In this document: in pieces, positions 9,566 through 18,740 of the stretch
How positions within the stretch are numbered: the first letter of the stretch is position 1
Layout of the letters: each line of letters starts with the position of its first letter
From: an uncultured Thermoleophilia bacterium
GTDB lineage: Bacteria > Actinomycetota > Thermoleophilia > UBA2241
Assembly: GCA_963715985.1 (NCBI GenBank)
Contig: CAVQSP010000017.1
Location: 192,001 to 256,000 of the forward strand
Direction: 5' to 3'
DNA length: 64,000 nucleotides
The notes under the pieces: generated by a model
The model's database searches: none
The model's input: only the letters and a program-made list of their open reading frames with translations
Told to the model about the DNA's origin: nothing
Program-made: the position numbers and the translations under genes

Positions 9566-10970
9566 TCAGATCCCGGCCTCGGCCGGTATCTTGCCCAGCT
9601 CGATGGCTTTCAGAACGGCGGCGTGGTCCTTCTCGGCCTGGTTCGCATAGGCCTCTGGGCGAAGTCCGCGATGGCCTGGTCGAAGCGGTCGCTGACGCCC
9701 AGGTACGAGGCGATGGCGATGCGCCGCCCGGAGCGGGCGTGCCCGCGGGCCAGCGTCCAGCCGCAGAGCGTCGCCAGGACTTCGAGGCCGGCGGGCCTGA
9801 GGATCGCGGTATCGATGGAGCCCTTCATGTCTCGCAGCTGGCGCCAGTAGAAGTGGCGCCCCTCCGGCTGGCCGGTCATCCAGCCCAGGAAGATGTCGCT
9901 GGCCGCCTGCATGAGGCGCTGTCCGGCCACCACGCGGTGGCCTGCATGCGTGAAGCGGCTCCTGCCCAGGTACGGCTCGAGGACCGACGGCCCGGCCTCC
10001 TTGACCTGCAGGAACAGCGGGTCGTCGACGTCGCGTCCGAGCAGCAGCCCGATGATGCAGCGCGTGCCCACGCTGCCCACGCCGACGACCTTGCGGGCGA
10101 CGTCGACGATGTCGTAGCGATCGATGAGCGTGCGCCGGTCGTCCGCCAGCGTGCGCTTGTACTGCTCGAACAGGGCGTGGATGCGTTCGGCGTCCTGGAG
10201 CTCCTCGAAGTGCATCACGAGCGGTGGCTGATCCACGATGCGCCGCACCCCGTCCACGACCTCCGTCAGCTTGCCGGCGGCCTGGAGGCTGTCGCGGCCG
10301 CGAGTCTTGGCGAGCGTCTTCTGCGCGGTCTTGATCCGGGTCTTGGTGTCGGCCTTGGCCCCCCCTTCGGCGCCCAGCGTCTTGCGCGCCATCTCCAGGA
10401 GGTCGTCGGCCACCACGCGGGAGTACCACACGTCGAGCTCGCGCATCTCGGCGTAGGCGGTCATGTGCTCGCGGTAGGAGCGTACCGACGCAAGCGCGGT
10501 CTCGCGGGCGACGTCCTGGTCAAAGCCGTTCTCGCGGCTCGCCAGCACGAAGCTGGCGGCGAGCCGCTTCAGGTCCCACTCGAACGGGCCCGGCAGCGTC
10601 TCGTCGAAGTCGTTGACGTCGAAGAGCAGCTCGCGCTCCGGCGACCCGTACAGGCCGAAGTTGGCGAGGTGCGCGTCGCCGCACAGCTGGACCTGCAGAC
10701 CGGTCCGCGGCATCGGCGCCAGATCCGCGGCCATGAGTGCTGCCGAGCCGCGGTAGAACGTGAACGGAGAGGCCGACATGCGCCCCCAGCGGATGGGGAC
10801 AAGGTCGGCCATGCGGCCTCGTCTTGCGCCCTCAGGAGCGCGATCGGGTCGGGCCGGTCCGGCGCCGGCTTCCAGTCGCCGTGCGACGTGCGGGGGGCCG
10901 TCTTGCGCGCCTGTCTCCCCGCCGCCTGCCGCTCGACGGTGCTGTCGTGCGCCCACTTCTGCGTGGTCAT
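9566..10970 (-). CDS. DUF2252 family protein (kinase-like fold), two frameshifts (about 10817 and 9655)
   Basis: RMSASPFTFYRGSA, CGDAHLANFG, DVNDFDE, KVVGVGSVGTR and RQLRDMKGS; N-terminus MTTQKW... and C-terminus ...EAGI* are in other frames. Confidence 0.9.
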
Positions 10971-11007
10971 TGCGGGACTCCTTGTACGGTGGTCGGGAGG
11001 GCCGGCG

Positions 11008-13368
11008 TCATTCCCTGGCCAGCATGGCCTGGGCCTGGCGCTCCAGGTCCAGGTACGGCTCGCCGCTGACGTCCACGGCGACGCGCTTGATCGTGCCGCC
11101 GGTGAAGCTGTGCGGCGACGCGCCGGGGTAGTCGTCGGTGACGGCCTCGCCGCTGTCGCGACCCACGCACAGGCCCTCGCCGGCCAGCGAGAAGTAGCCC
11201 GGCTGGGTCTTGATGCGACCCTCGCCGACCTTCTTGTCGCCGTGGTACAGCGAGAGCATGCCGGTGGCGACGCCGGGCGGGTCCTCGCCGTCCTTGTCGA
11301 ACGCTGCCGAGAGGATGAGGTCCTCGCCGGTCGGCAGGTCCTCGGTCGCGTCGACCTTCTGCTCGAAGATGCCGACGAAGCTGTTGACGTAGTGCAGCCT
11401 GTCGTCCTTGACGTAGAGGGCGTGCCCGCCGAAGCGGGCGCCGTGCGCGAACAGCACACCCTCGGCGCCGGCGGCCGGGATGTCGACGAGTGCTCCGATC
11501 GCGAAGGAGCGGTTGCGGATGTTGACGGCTTGCTGCTCCGGCACGTCGGCGGTGCCGGGGAAGTACGTGTACCGGTCGCGTGGCGGCGCGAGCGCGGGCC
11601 GCGGCGTCAGGATGATCTCCAGCGGTGAGCGGTCGTCGAGCGGGAAGGCGCCGTTCCTGCCGGCCTCGGCGAACCACAGGCTCTGGAGCTCCCTCAGCTT
11701 GGCCCAGTTCTCCTTGGCGAGGTCGTGCATCTCGGAACGGTCGACGTCGACGTGGTACAGCTCCCACTCGTCGTCGTTGAAGTGGCTCCACCCGGCGATG
11801 GTCGGGTGCGTGGTCACGGCCTTCCAGCCCTCGTGCCAGATGCCGCGAGAACCCAGCATCGAGTAGAACTGCGTCGTGCGGGCACCGTCGGCCTTGGCGT
11901 CGTCGAAGGCATAGCGCATGCTCACGCCGTCGAAGGCGCTCTGCACGTGCCCCTTGATGGTCGCCGGGCTTTTCACGCCGAGGCAGTCGAGCACGGTCGG
12001 GACGACGTCGATCGCGTGGTGATACTGCTCCCTGATCTCACCCCTGGCCTTCATGCCCGCCGGCCACGACATGATGCAGGGGTCGGCGGTGCCGCCGTTG
12101 AACTCGTAGCGCTTCCACATCTTGAACGGCGTGTTGAAGGCCATCGCCCAGCCGTTGGTGTAGTGGTTGTAGGTCTTGGGGCCGCCGAGCTCGTCGAGCA
12201 TCTTCAGGTTGGTCTCGAGGTCGTCGGGGATGCCGTTGAAGAAGAGGTTCTCGTTGACCGACCCGTCCGGGCCGCCCTCGCCGCTGGCGCCGTTGTCCGA
12301 CACGAGGATCACGAGCGTGTTCTCCCGCAGGCCCGCCCACTCGAGATAGTCGAGCAGGACTCCGATGTAGTGGTCGGTGTGGGCGAGGAAGCCGGCGTAC
12401 ACCTCGGCCATGCGCGCGAAGAGCCGCTTCTCGCCGTCCGAGAGCGTGTCCCACGGCTTTGTCACGTCGAGCAGCGGGAACGGCTTGTCGCCGGGTCCCT
12501 TGCGCGTCTCGCTCGTTCCGATGGGATTGAGAGGCGGAAGCTCGGTCTCCGGCGGGACGAGGCCCATCTCCTTCTGGCGGGCGAGGGTCTGCTCGCGCAT
12601 CGCCTCGTAGCCCATGTCGAACTGGCCCTTGAACCTGTCGATCCACTCTCGTGGGCGCGTGATGCGGCGCGTGGCAGGCGCCCGGGCGCGTAGTAGAGGA
12701 AGAAGGGCTTGTCCGGGGCGATCGCCTTGGCGTCCTTGATGAACTCGAGCGCCTTCTCGGTGAGGTCCTCGGTGAGGTGGTAGCCCTCCTCCGGTGACTT
12801 CGGCGGGTCGACCGGATGGTTGTCGTAGACCAGGTCGGGATACCACTGGTTGCTCTCGGCGCCGAGGAAGCCGTACCAGCGCTCGAAGCCGCGCCCGGAC
12901 GGCCAGTTGCGGCGCGGCGCCGCCAGGTTCATCTCGTCGGTGGGGCACAGGTGCCACTTGCCGACCATGTACGTGTTCCAGCCCAGCTCGCCGAGGATCT
13001 CGGGCAGCATGCCGTTCTCGGGGGGGATCGTGCCACTGGCGTTGGGGAACCCGACGGCCGCCTCGGTGATGCACGCCATCGAGTTGCGCGTGTGGTTGCG
13101 GCCGGTGAGCAGGCACGAGCGCGTCGGCGAGCAGAGCGCCGTGGTGTGCCACTGCGTGTAGCGCACGCCGTCGGCGGCGATCTTGTCGATGTTGGGCGTG
13201 GGGATCGGGCCGCCGTAGCAGCTACATCGCCGAGAAGCCGACGTCGTCGAGCACGATGTAGACGACGTTGGGCGCCCCGTCCGGCGCCTTCGGCGGCTCG
13301 AACGGCGCCCAGTCCGGCGTCGAGTCGCGGATGTCGACGTTGATGACTCCCTTGAATGGTTCGCTCAT
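11008..13368 (-). CDS. Arylsulfatase, second paralog, frameshifted (about 13224 and 12650-12685)
   Basis: MSEPFKGVINVDIRDS...PNVVYIVLDDVGF, CSPTR, GKWHL and SDNGASGEGG are split over three frames; GAGGAG upstream. Confidence 0.9.
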
Positions 13369-13494
13369 GCCTCGTCACTCCTCGTGGTCTCGTGTGGAGA
13401 TGCCCTGGGGGCGGTGCGGCTGCAGTCGTGCCCGCTAGGCTACAGCCTCCGTGTTCGGTTCGTGTTGCCGTCGGCGTTGCACCGATACGCCGGA

Positions 13495-14823
13495 TCAGGT
13501 CTGCGGGGGGTCGGCCGCAGCGCCTGCGGAGGACGTGCTGCGCGCCGCCTGCCGGGCGCTCACGCGGCGCTGCACAAGCGGCAGGGCGATCATCACCGTG
13601 GCCACGGCCAGCACGATGAGCGCGACGAGCGTCGCGCCGGCATCGAGCATGAAGGCCGTGAGCAGCACGACCATGAGCGGCGTGCGGAACAGCGCGTACA
13701 CCGCGCCGCTCATCACGCCGGCCACGAGGATCGTGACCGGCATGCCGGGGAAGACGAGGTTGAGGGCCAGCGCCACGCTGGTCGAGGCGAAGATGAGCGG
13801 GAAGGTCGGCCCGCCGAGGAACCCGCTCTTGAACCCCACCGCGAGCAGCGCCAGCTTGCCGACCGCCATCACGAGCAGGACGGCGATGCCGTATCCGGCG
13901 GCGCCGTCGATGACCGTGTGCACCTGGGTCTCGCCCGAGAACATGACGACGGGGGCGAGCACGCCCACCACGCTGAAGACCACGCCGGCCACGAGCGCTC
14001 GCAGCACGATCCGGTCCTTGAGGCGCGCGAAGAACCGCTCGGAGGCCTTCATGAACAGCGCCGTGAGCAGCGCGAGCACCAGGCCCAGGAGGGCGAGCGG
14101 CACCATGACGACAGCGTCGAGGAGACGGTAGCTCGAGACCGGCGGCAGGTGCAGGAAGTTGACGAAGCCGGTCTCGTGCAACAGCAGGAAGACGGCGTAG
14201 CCGACGCCGCCGCCGATGAGGCTGGCGGGCAGGGTCGCGAGCCCCTTCTGCTTCGTCTCCGCGACCTCCGCGCCCAGCACGGCGGCGAAGACCGGGTTCT
14301 CCAGCAGCCCGTTGTAGCCCGAGGCCACGCTGCCGAAGATGAGCTTGGGCCGCTGCTCGGCCGGGATCCGGAACAGGTCGCAGTACATGGCCGCGACCTT
14401 GCTGGCGATGTTGCCGATGGCGCCCTCCGGGCCCAGCACGGCGCCCGAGAACAGCGAGGCGAGCGACTGCGCCACCGTCGCCGGCAGGTCCTTCCACTTC
14501 AGGCGAGTGACGTCACCGGTGAGGCTGTCGAGGATGGACCCGTCCAGGTTGCTCGGCGCCTTGGCGTACTTGACGAGCAGGCCGACCAGCAGGGAGAAGG
14601 GCAGGCAGATGAGCGGGAACATCCAGGCGTGGGCCGTGACGAAGCCGTTGTCCCAGATGAGCTTGTTGAGGGCTTCGTAGACGACGAACCAGGCGAGCAC
14701 GCCGAAGCCCCCGATGAGCGACACCGCCACGACGTGCAGGTAGATGCCGCGAGGTTCCGGCCGCTCGGTGGGTGACGCGGCTTGAGCCTGGGGTGGCGCT
14801 GTCTGCGGCGGATCGGCGCTCAC
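13495..14823 (-). CDS. Chloride channel (ClC) family protein, YfeO-like
   Basis: Many TM helices; LGPEGA and GFLGGPTFP motifs; GAAGGAG RBS before GTG. Confidence 0.85.
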   Translation of the reverse strand: MSADPPQTAPPQAQAASPTERPEPRGIYLHVVAVSLIGGFGVLAWFVVYEALNKLIWDNGFVTAHAWMFPLICLPFSLLVGLLVKYAKAPSNLDGSILDSLTGDVTRLKWKDLPATVAQSLASLFSGAVLGPEGAIGNIASKVAAMYCDLFRIPAEQRPKLIFGSVASGYNGLLENPVFAAVLGAEVAETKQKGLATLPASLIGGGVGYAVFLLLHETGFVNFLHLPPVSSYRLLDAVVMVPLALLGLVLALLTALFMKASERFFARLKDRIVLRALVAGVVFSVVGVLAPVVMFSGETQVHTVIDGAAGYGIAVLLVMAVGKLALLAVGFKSGFLGGPTFPLIFASTSVALALNLVFPGMPVTILVAGVMSGAVYALFRTPLMVVLLTAFMLDAGATLVALIVLAVATVMIALPLVQRRVSARQAARSTSSAGAAADPPQT

Positions 14824-14876
14824 GCAGCGGTCACGCTCCTTCCCGCGTACCGGTCAGGGCCGCGTCGGACACAGAA

Positions 14877-14906
14877 ACGGCGGGCGGCGTCTCCGCCGCC
14901 CGCCGT
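14877..14906 (-). terminator. Intrinsic terminator-like hairpin after the SHOCT-DUF6325 genes
   Basis: ACGGCGGGCGGCG-TCTC-CGCCGCCCGCCGT followed by a T-rich tract on the minus strand. Confidence 0.65.
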
Positions 14907-14947
14907 GTTCTTCCCGCCTGCGGGTCCTGCGAATCTCCCGGTCAGGC

Positions 14948-15450
14948 TCAGTCGTCGAGCGCCAGCCCGATCTCGGCGCCGACCGCCAGCAGGTCCTGCG
15001 GGTGCAGCCACTTGTCGGCCAGCAGCACGCCGCCGGCGTCGCCCAGGGCGTCCCTGAGCGGGATGGCCCAGCGGTGCTCGAGCACGGCGATGGCCGCCGT
15101 GAACCCCTCGGGGATCGCATCGGCGATGTACCAGACTTCCTCTTCGTCGTAGAGGTCGCCTCGACGGCCGCCTCGGCGCCGACCTCGGCGCCGACCTCGG
15201 CGCCTTCCTCACCGGCCGCGCCGAAGCCGACCAGCGCGCCCGCGAAGGCCCCGAGCTTGGCCATCTCGTCGATGTCCTCGACCTCGACCTTCTCGAAGGT
15301 GCCATCGTCGTTCTTGTGGATCAGCAGGAGGTCGACCACGCGGACCACGTCGTGCTCGCGGAGCTTCCTCAGCTCCTCGAGACCTCTGCCCTTGAACTCT
15401 GCCTCAGGGCCGAAGCCCACCACCAGGATCTGGATCGGACCCAGTGCCAT
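14948..15450 (-). CDS. DUF6325/DUF1269-like protein, frameshift at about 15160
   Basis: GPIQILVVGF...VRVVDLLLIHKNDDG; after the shift AVLEHRWAIPLRDAL...LDD*; one G missing in a G-run. Confidence 0.8.
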
Positions 15451-15476
15451 CGCGTACTCCTTTCAGCAGGTCCGGC

Positions 15477-15791
15477 TCAGCCGCCCTGCAGCGCCTTCTG
15501 CTTGGCGGCCTCGAACTCCTCCGGCGAGAGCACGCCTGCGTCCATGAGGCCTTTGAGCTGGGTGAGCTGGTCGGCGATGCTCGTTCCGCCTGCCGCCGCG
15601 ACCGGGGCCGCCGCCGCAGGGGCCGGCGCCTGCTGCTGGTACTGCTGCTGCTGTTGCTGCGCCTGCAGGTCGGCGATCTGCGCGTTCTGATCGGCCTCCT
15701 GCTGCGACGCCTGGGCGCCCTTCTTGCCCACGTGGTAGGCGGCCCCGCCGATCACAGCGGCGCCCAACAGCGGCCTTCTCCTCATCATCAT
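15477..15791 (-). CDS. SHOCT domain-containing protein
   Basis: C-terminal QLTQLKGLMDAGVLSPEEFEAAKQKAL; Q/P/A-rich linker; GGGAGG RBS. Confidence 0.9.
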   Translation of the reverse strand: MMMRRRPLLGAAVIGGAAYHVGKKGAQASQQEADQNAQIADLQAQQQQQQYQQQAPAPAAAAPVAAAGGTSIADQLTQLKGLMDAGVLSPEEFEAAKQKALQGG

Positions 15792-15848
15792 GGTGACTGC
15801 CTCCCGGTGTAAGTGGTGGTCCCCTCCAGGGACTCGCTCCTGAGGCCC

Positions 15849-15887
15849 ACTATACCCTGCGCACGGGACTCGTCACCATCCGGTAAC
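15849..15887 (-). promoter_or_regulatory. Promoter of the SHOCT unit: -10 TATAGT with shared box copy 3 overlapping the -35 position
   Basis: ACTATA at 15849-15854 (TATAGT on minus), 17-bp spacer, GTCACC-ATCC-GGTAAC at 15872-15887. Confidence 0.55.
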
Positions 15888-16042
15888 CGGGGCTCCCTGC
15901 CGGCTGGACCGAGGCCCTCCGCAGTCGTCTGCCCCGGCCTGTGAAGAGAGGGTTCGGGCGGCCTCCCTCACCGGCGCCGAGGCCGCGTGATTCGCCGGGA
16001 CGCCCCGTGGGCACCACCCGGGCAACGACCGGGAGGCGACAC

Positions 16043-16435
16043 ATGGACCTGAAGAAGAGCTACTTCATCGGCGCGCCGCCCGAGGACGTGTGGCGCGCCC
16101 TCACCGACCCGGCCGTCATCGACGCCTGGGGCGGCGGCCCGGCCGAGATGAGCGCCGAGCCGGGCACGTCGTTCTCGCTCTGGGGCGGCGACATCCACGG
16201 CACCGTGACGGCTGCCGAGGCGCCCGTGCGCCTGGTGCAGGACTGGTGGGGCGGACCCGACTGGAAGACGCCCTCAGTGGTCACCTTCGAGCTCGAGTCC
16301 GAGGGCGACGGCACCGTGCTCACGCTCACGCACACCGGGGTGCCCGACGACGTGGCCGGGGACTTCGACGCGGGCTGGGACGACTACTACCTGGGGCCGC
16401 TGAAGGACCTGCTCGAGAGCGCCCGCCCGGCCTGA
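16043..16435 (+). CDS. SRPBCC/AHSA1 domain protein
   Basis: APPEDVWRALTDP...VQDW...LTHTGVP...GWDDYY; GGGAGG RBS. Confidence 0.9.
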   Translation: MDLKKSYFIGAPPEDVWRALTDPAVIDAWGGGPAEMSAEPGTSFSLWGGDIHGTVTAAEAPVRLVQDWWGGPDWKTPSVVTFELESEGDGTVLTLTHTGVPDDVAGDFDAGWDDYYLGPLKDLLESARPA

Positions 16436-16475
16436 GGCCGCCGGCCGCGGCCCGGCGCTACGGCTCGGAAGACCC

Positions 16476-18029
16476 TCAGCCGCCGAGCCAGCCGCGCAGT
16501 GCGGCCTCGACGGCCTCGCGGCCGCGCTCGACGCGCGCGTCGAAGCGGCGCGGCCGCTCACGCGCCGCGCGCAGCTGCGGCGGCACGATGGCCTCGGGCG
16601 CCAGCTCGGGCACCCGGTCGAGCAGGGCGAGGTCGTCCTCGCCGCCCGGGATGGGCTCGCCGGCCGGCACGCCGCGCAGGCCGCGCACCACGTCGGCGGC
16701 GAACTTGCTCCAGTGCGCGGTGCTCACCACCAGTACCGGGGCGCCCTCCGTGCCGAGCTCGTCGGCCACCTTCCACGCCACGGCGGTGTGCGGGTCGAGC
16801 AGGTAGCCGTGCTCGCGGTGCACCTCACCGATGGTGCGCAGGCAGGTGTCGTTGTCCACCCACGCGCCCGTCATCTCGTCGGCCAGCATGGCCCTGGTCG
16901 CCGCGTCCACCTCGAACCGCCCCGTCTCCTTGAGGTCGCGCATCCATCCGCGGACCACGCCGGGGTCGCCGCAGTGGTCGTACAGCAGGCGCTCCAGATT
17001 CGACGAGATGAGGATGTCCATGGACGGCGACGGTGTCTTGACCAGGTCGCGGGCCGAGATGTCGTACACGCCTGAGGCGATGAAGTCGCTGAGCACGTTG
17101 TTGCTGTTGCTGGCGCAGAGGAGCCGGCCGACCGGCACCCCCATGCGCCTGGCGTAGCAGGCCGCGAGGATGTTGCCGAAGTTGCCGGTGGGCACGCAGA
17201 TGTCCAGCGGCGCGCCGGGGTGCACGTGGCCGAAGGCGGCCATGTCGGCGTAGGCGCTCACGTAGTAGACGATCTGCGGCATGAGCCGGCCCCAGTTGAT
17301 GGAGTTCGCCGAGGAGAGCGCCAGGCCGTGCCGGCCGGCCAGCTCCTCGGCGAACGCGGCGTCGTCGAAGACGGCCTTCACGGAGCTCTGGCAGTCGTCG
17401 AAGTCGCCGGCCAGCCGGAACACGCTGAGATTGTCACCCGGCTGCGTGACCATCTGGATCTCCTGCAGCGCGCTCACGCCGGCGTCCGGGTAGAAGACGA
17501 CGATGCGCGTGCCGGGGCGATCGGCGTAGCCGTTGAGCGCCGCCACGCCCGTGTCGCCGCTGGTGGCCACGAGGACGAGGTAGTCGAGGTCGGTGGCGCG
17601 CCGCGCGTGCGCCTGCGCGAGCGCCTGGCTGAAGAACAGCGGCATGCACTGCAGCGCCATGTCCTTGAAGGCCAGTGTGGGCCCGTGCCACAACTCGAGC
17701 ACGTAGCGGCCTTCAGCCACCTTGCGCACCGGCGCCACGCGGGGGTCGTCGAAGTTGTCGCCGTAGGCGGAGGCGGCGATGCGCAGCGTGTCCGCCGCCT
17801 CCACGTCCAGCCCGAACGCCTGGTACACCCAGGCGGCGCGCTCGAAGTACGGCAGCCCCGCGAGCTTGAGGAGGTCGTCCAGCGAGACCCGCGGCAGCCG
17901 CTCGGGGACGAAGAGGCCGCCGCCGGGGGCGATGCCCTCCAGGATGGCCTCGGTGAAGGTGCGCGGCCGGTCGCAGAGGCCGCGTGTGTCGCGGTAGGTG
18001 ATCATCATCGCCGAGGGATTGTATCCCAT
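16476..18029 (-). CDS. thrC: Threonine synthase (start may be about 18008)
   Basis: GGLFVP, LELWHGPTLAFKD, ATSGDTG, SANSINWGRL, VPTGNFGN and DPHTAVA motifs. Confidence 0.95.
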   Translation of the reverse strand: MGYNPSAMMITYRDTRGLCDRPRTFTEAILEGIAPGGGLFVPERLPRVSLDDLLKLAGLPYFERAAWVYQAFGLDVEAADTLRIAASAYGDNFDDPRVAPVRKVAEGRYVLELWHGPTLAFKDMALQCMPLFFSQALAQAHARRATDLDYLVLVATSGDTGVAALNGYADRPGTRIVVFYPDAGVSALQEIQMVTQPGDNLSVFRLAGDFDDCQSSVKAVFDDAAFAEELAGRHGLALSSANSINWGRLMPQIVYYVSAYADMAAFGHVHPGAPLDICVPTGNFGNILAACYARRMGVPVGRLLCASNSNNVLSDFIASGVYDISARDLVKTPSPSMDILISSNLERLLYDHCGDPGVVRGWMRDLKETGRFEVDAATRAMLADEMTGAWVDNDTCLRTIGEVHREHGYLLDPHTAVAWKVADELGTEGAPVLVVSTAHWSKFAADVVRGLRGVPAGEPIPGGEDDLALLDRVPELAPEAIVPPQLRAARERPRRFDARVERGREAVEAALRGWLGG

Positions 18030-18096
18030 CGTGCCTCGCGCCCGCCTCCGGGGCGGCGTCCCACGCCGGCCCCTCCACGAGGCTTCGGGCGCCGGC

Positions 18097-18137
18097 TTGA
18101 CATTCGCCAGGGATGTATTACGATATATCGTGTTACA
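18097..18137 (+). promoter_or_regulatory. Sigma70-type promoter with overlapping palindromic operator upstream of padR
   Basis: TTGACA-16 bp-TACGAT; inverted repeat TGTA-TT-ACGATATATCGT-GT-TACA (18114-18137). Confidence 0.75.
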
Positions 18138-18156
18138 ACGCTAGAAGGAGAGATCG

Positions 18157-18723
18157 ATGAGAGACAGCACAGAGATCACCGGCCGCTGTGGCGGCCATCG
18201 CTTCAAGTTCGGTGAGGGTCCCCACGGCTTCGGGCCGCCCGGTCACGGGCACGGTCACGGCCGTGGGCCCTGGTCGCGGGCGCGGCGCGGCAATGTGCGC
18301 GCCGCCATCCTGTCCGTGCTCAGCGACGAGCCCATGCACGGCTACCAGATCATGAAGCGGCTCGAGGAGAGTAGCGGCGGCATGTGGCGGCCCAGTCCCG
18401 GTTCGGTGTACCCCACCCTCCAGATGCTCGAGGACGAGGGGCTGATCAAGGGTGAGGAGATCGACGGCAAGCGCGTGTTCTCCCTCACGGAGGCCGGCGT
18501 CACCGCGGCCGCCGAGAGCAAGGAGCGGCACGGCGCTCCGTGGGAGCGGGACGACGAGAAGGACGCCTCGCCGCACTACCGGCTCCGCCGTTCGCTGTTC
18601 CAGCTCGGCGCCGCCGTCAGGCAGGTGGGCGCCGAGGGCACCGCGGCTCAGGTGGAGCAGACGCTGGAGATCCTCGTCGAGGCGCGCAAGCGCGTGTACG
18701 CCTTGCTCGCCGCCGGCGAGTGA
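18157..18723 (+). CDS. PadR family transcriptional regulator
   Basis: RGNVRAAILSVL..PMHGYQIM...WRPSPGSVYPTLQMLEDEGLI; AGAAGGAG RBS. Confidence 0.93.
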   Translation: MRDSTEITGRCGGHRFKFGEGPHGFGPPGHGHGHGRGPWSRARRGNVRAAILSVLSDEPMHGYQIMKRLEESSGGMWRPSPGSVYPTLQMLEDEGLIKGEEIDGKRVFSLTEAGVTAAAESKERHGAPWERDDEKDASPHYRLRRSLFQLGAAVRQVGAEGTAAQVEQTLEILVEARKRVYALLAAGE

Positions 18724-18740
18724 CCTGCGGAAGGCCTCCG

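Noticed and set aside
15170-15205. Short direct repeat CCTCGGCGCCGA
   Set aside because: Coding repeat GAEVGAEVGAE inside DUF6325; not CRISPR-like
9566-15450. Programmed frameshifting or stop read-through (e.g. TAG near 13224)
   Set aside because: No slippery sites or recoding signals seen; removing or adding 1-2 nt restores the family consensus, so indels explain it
15640-15662. (CTG)n run
   Set aside because: It encodes the poly-Gln linker of the SHOCT protein, not an independent repeat element
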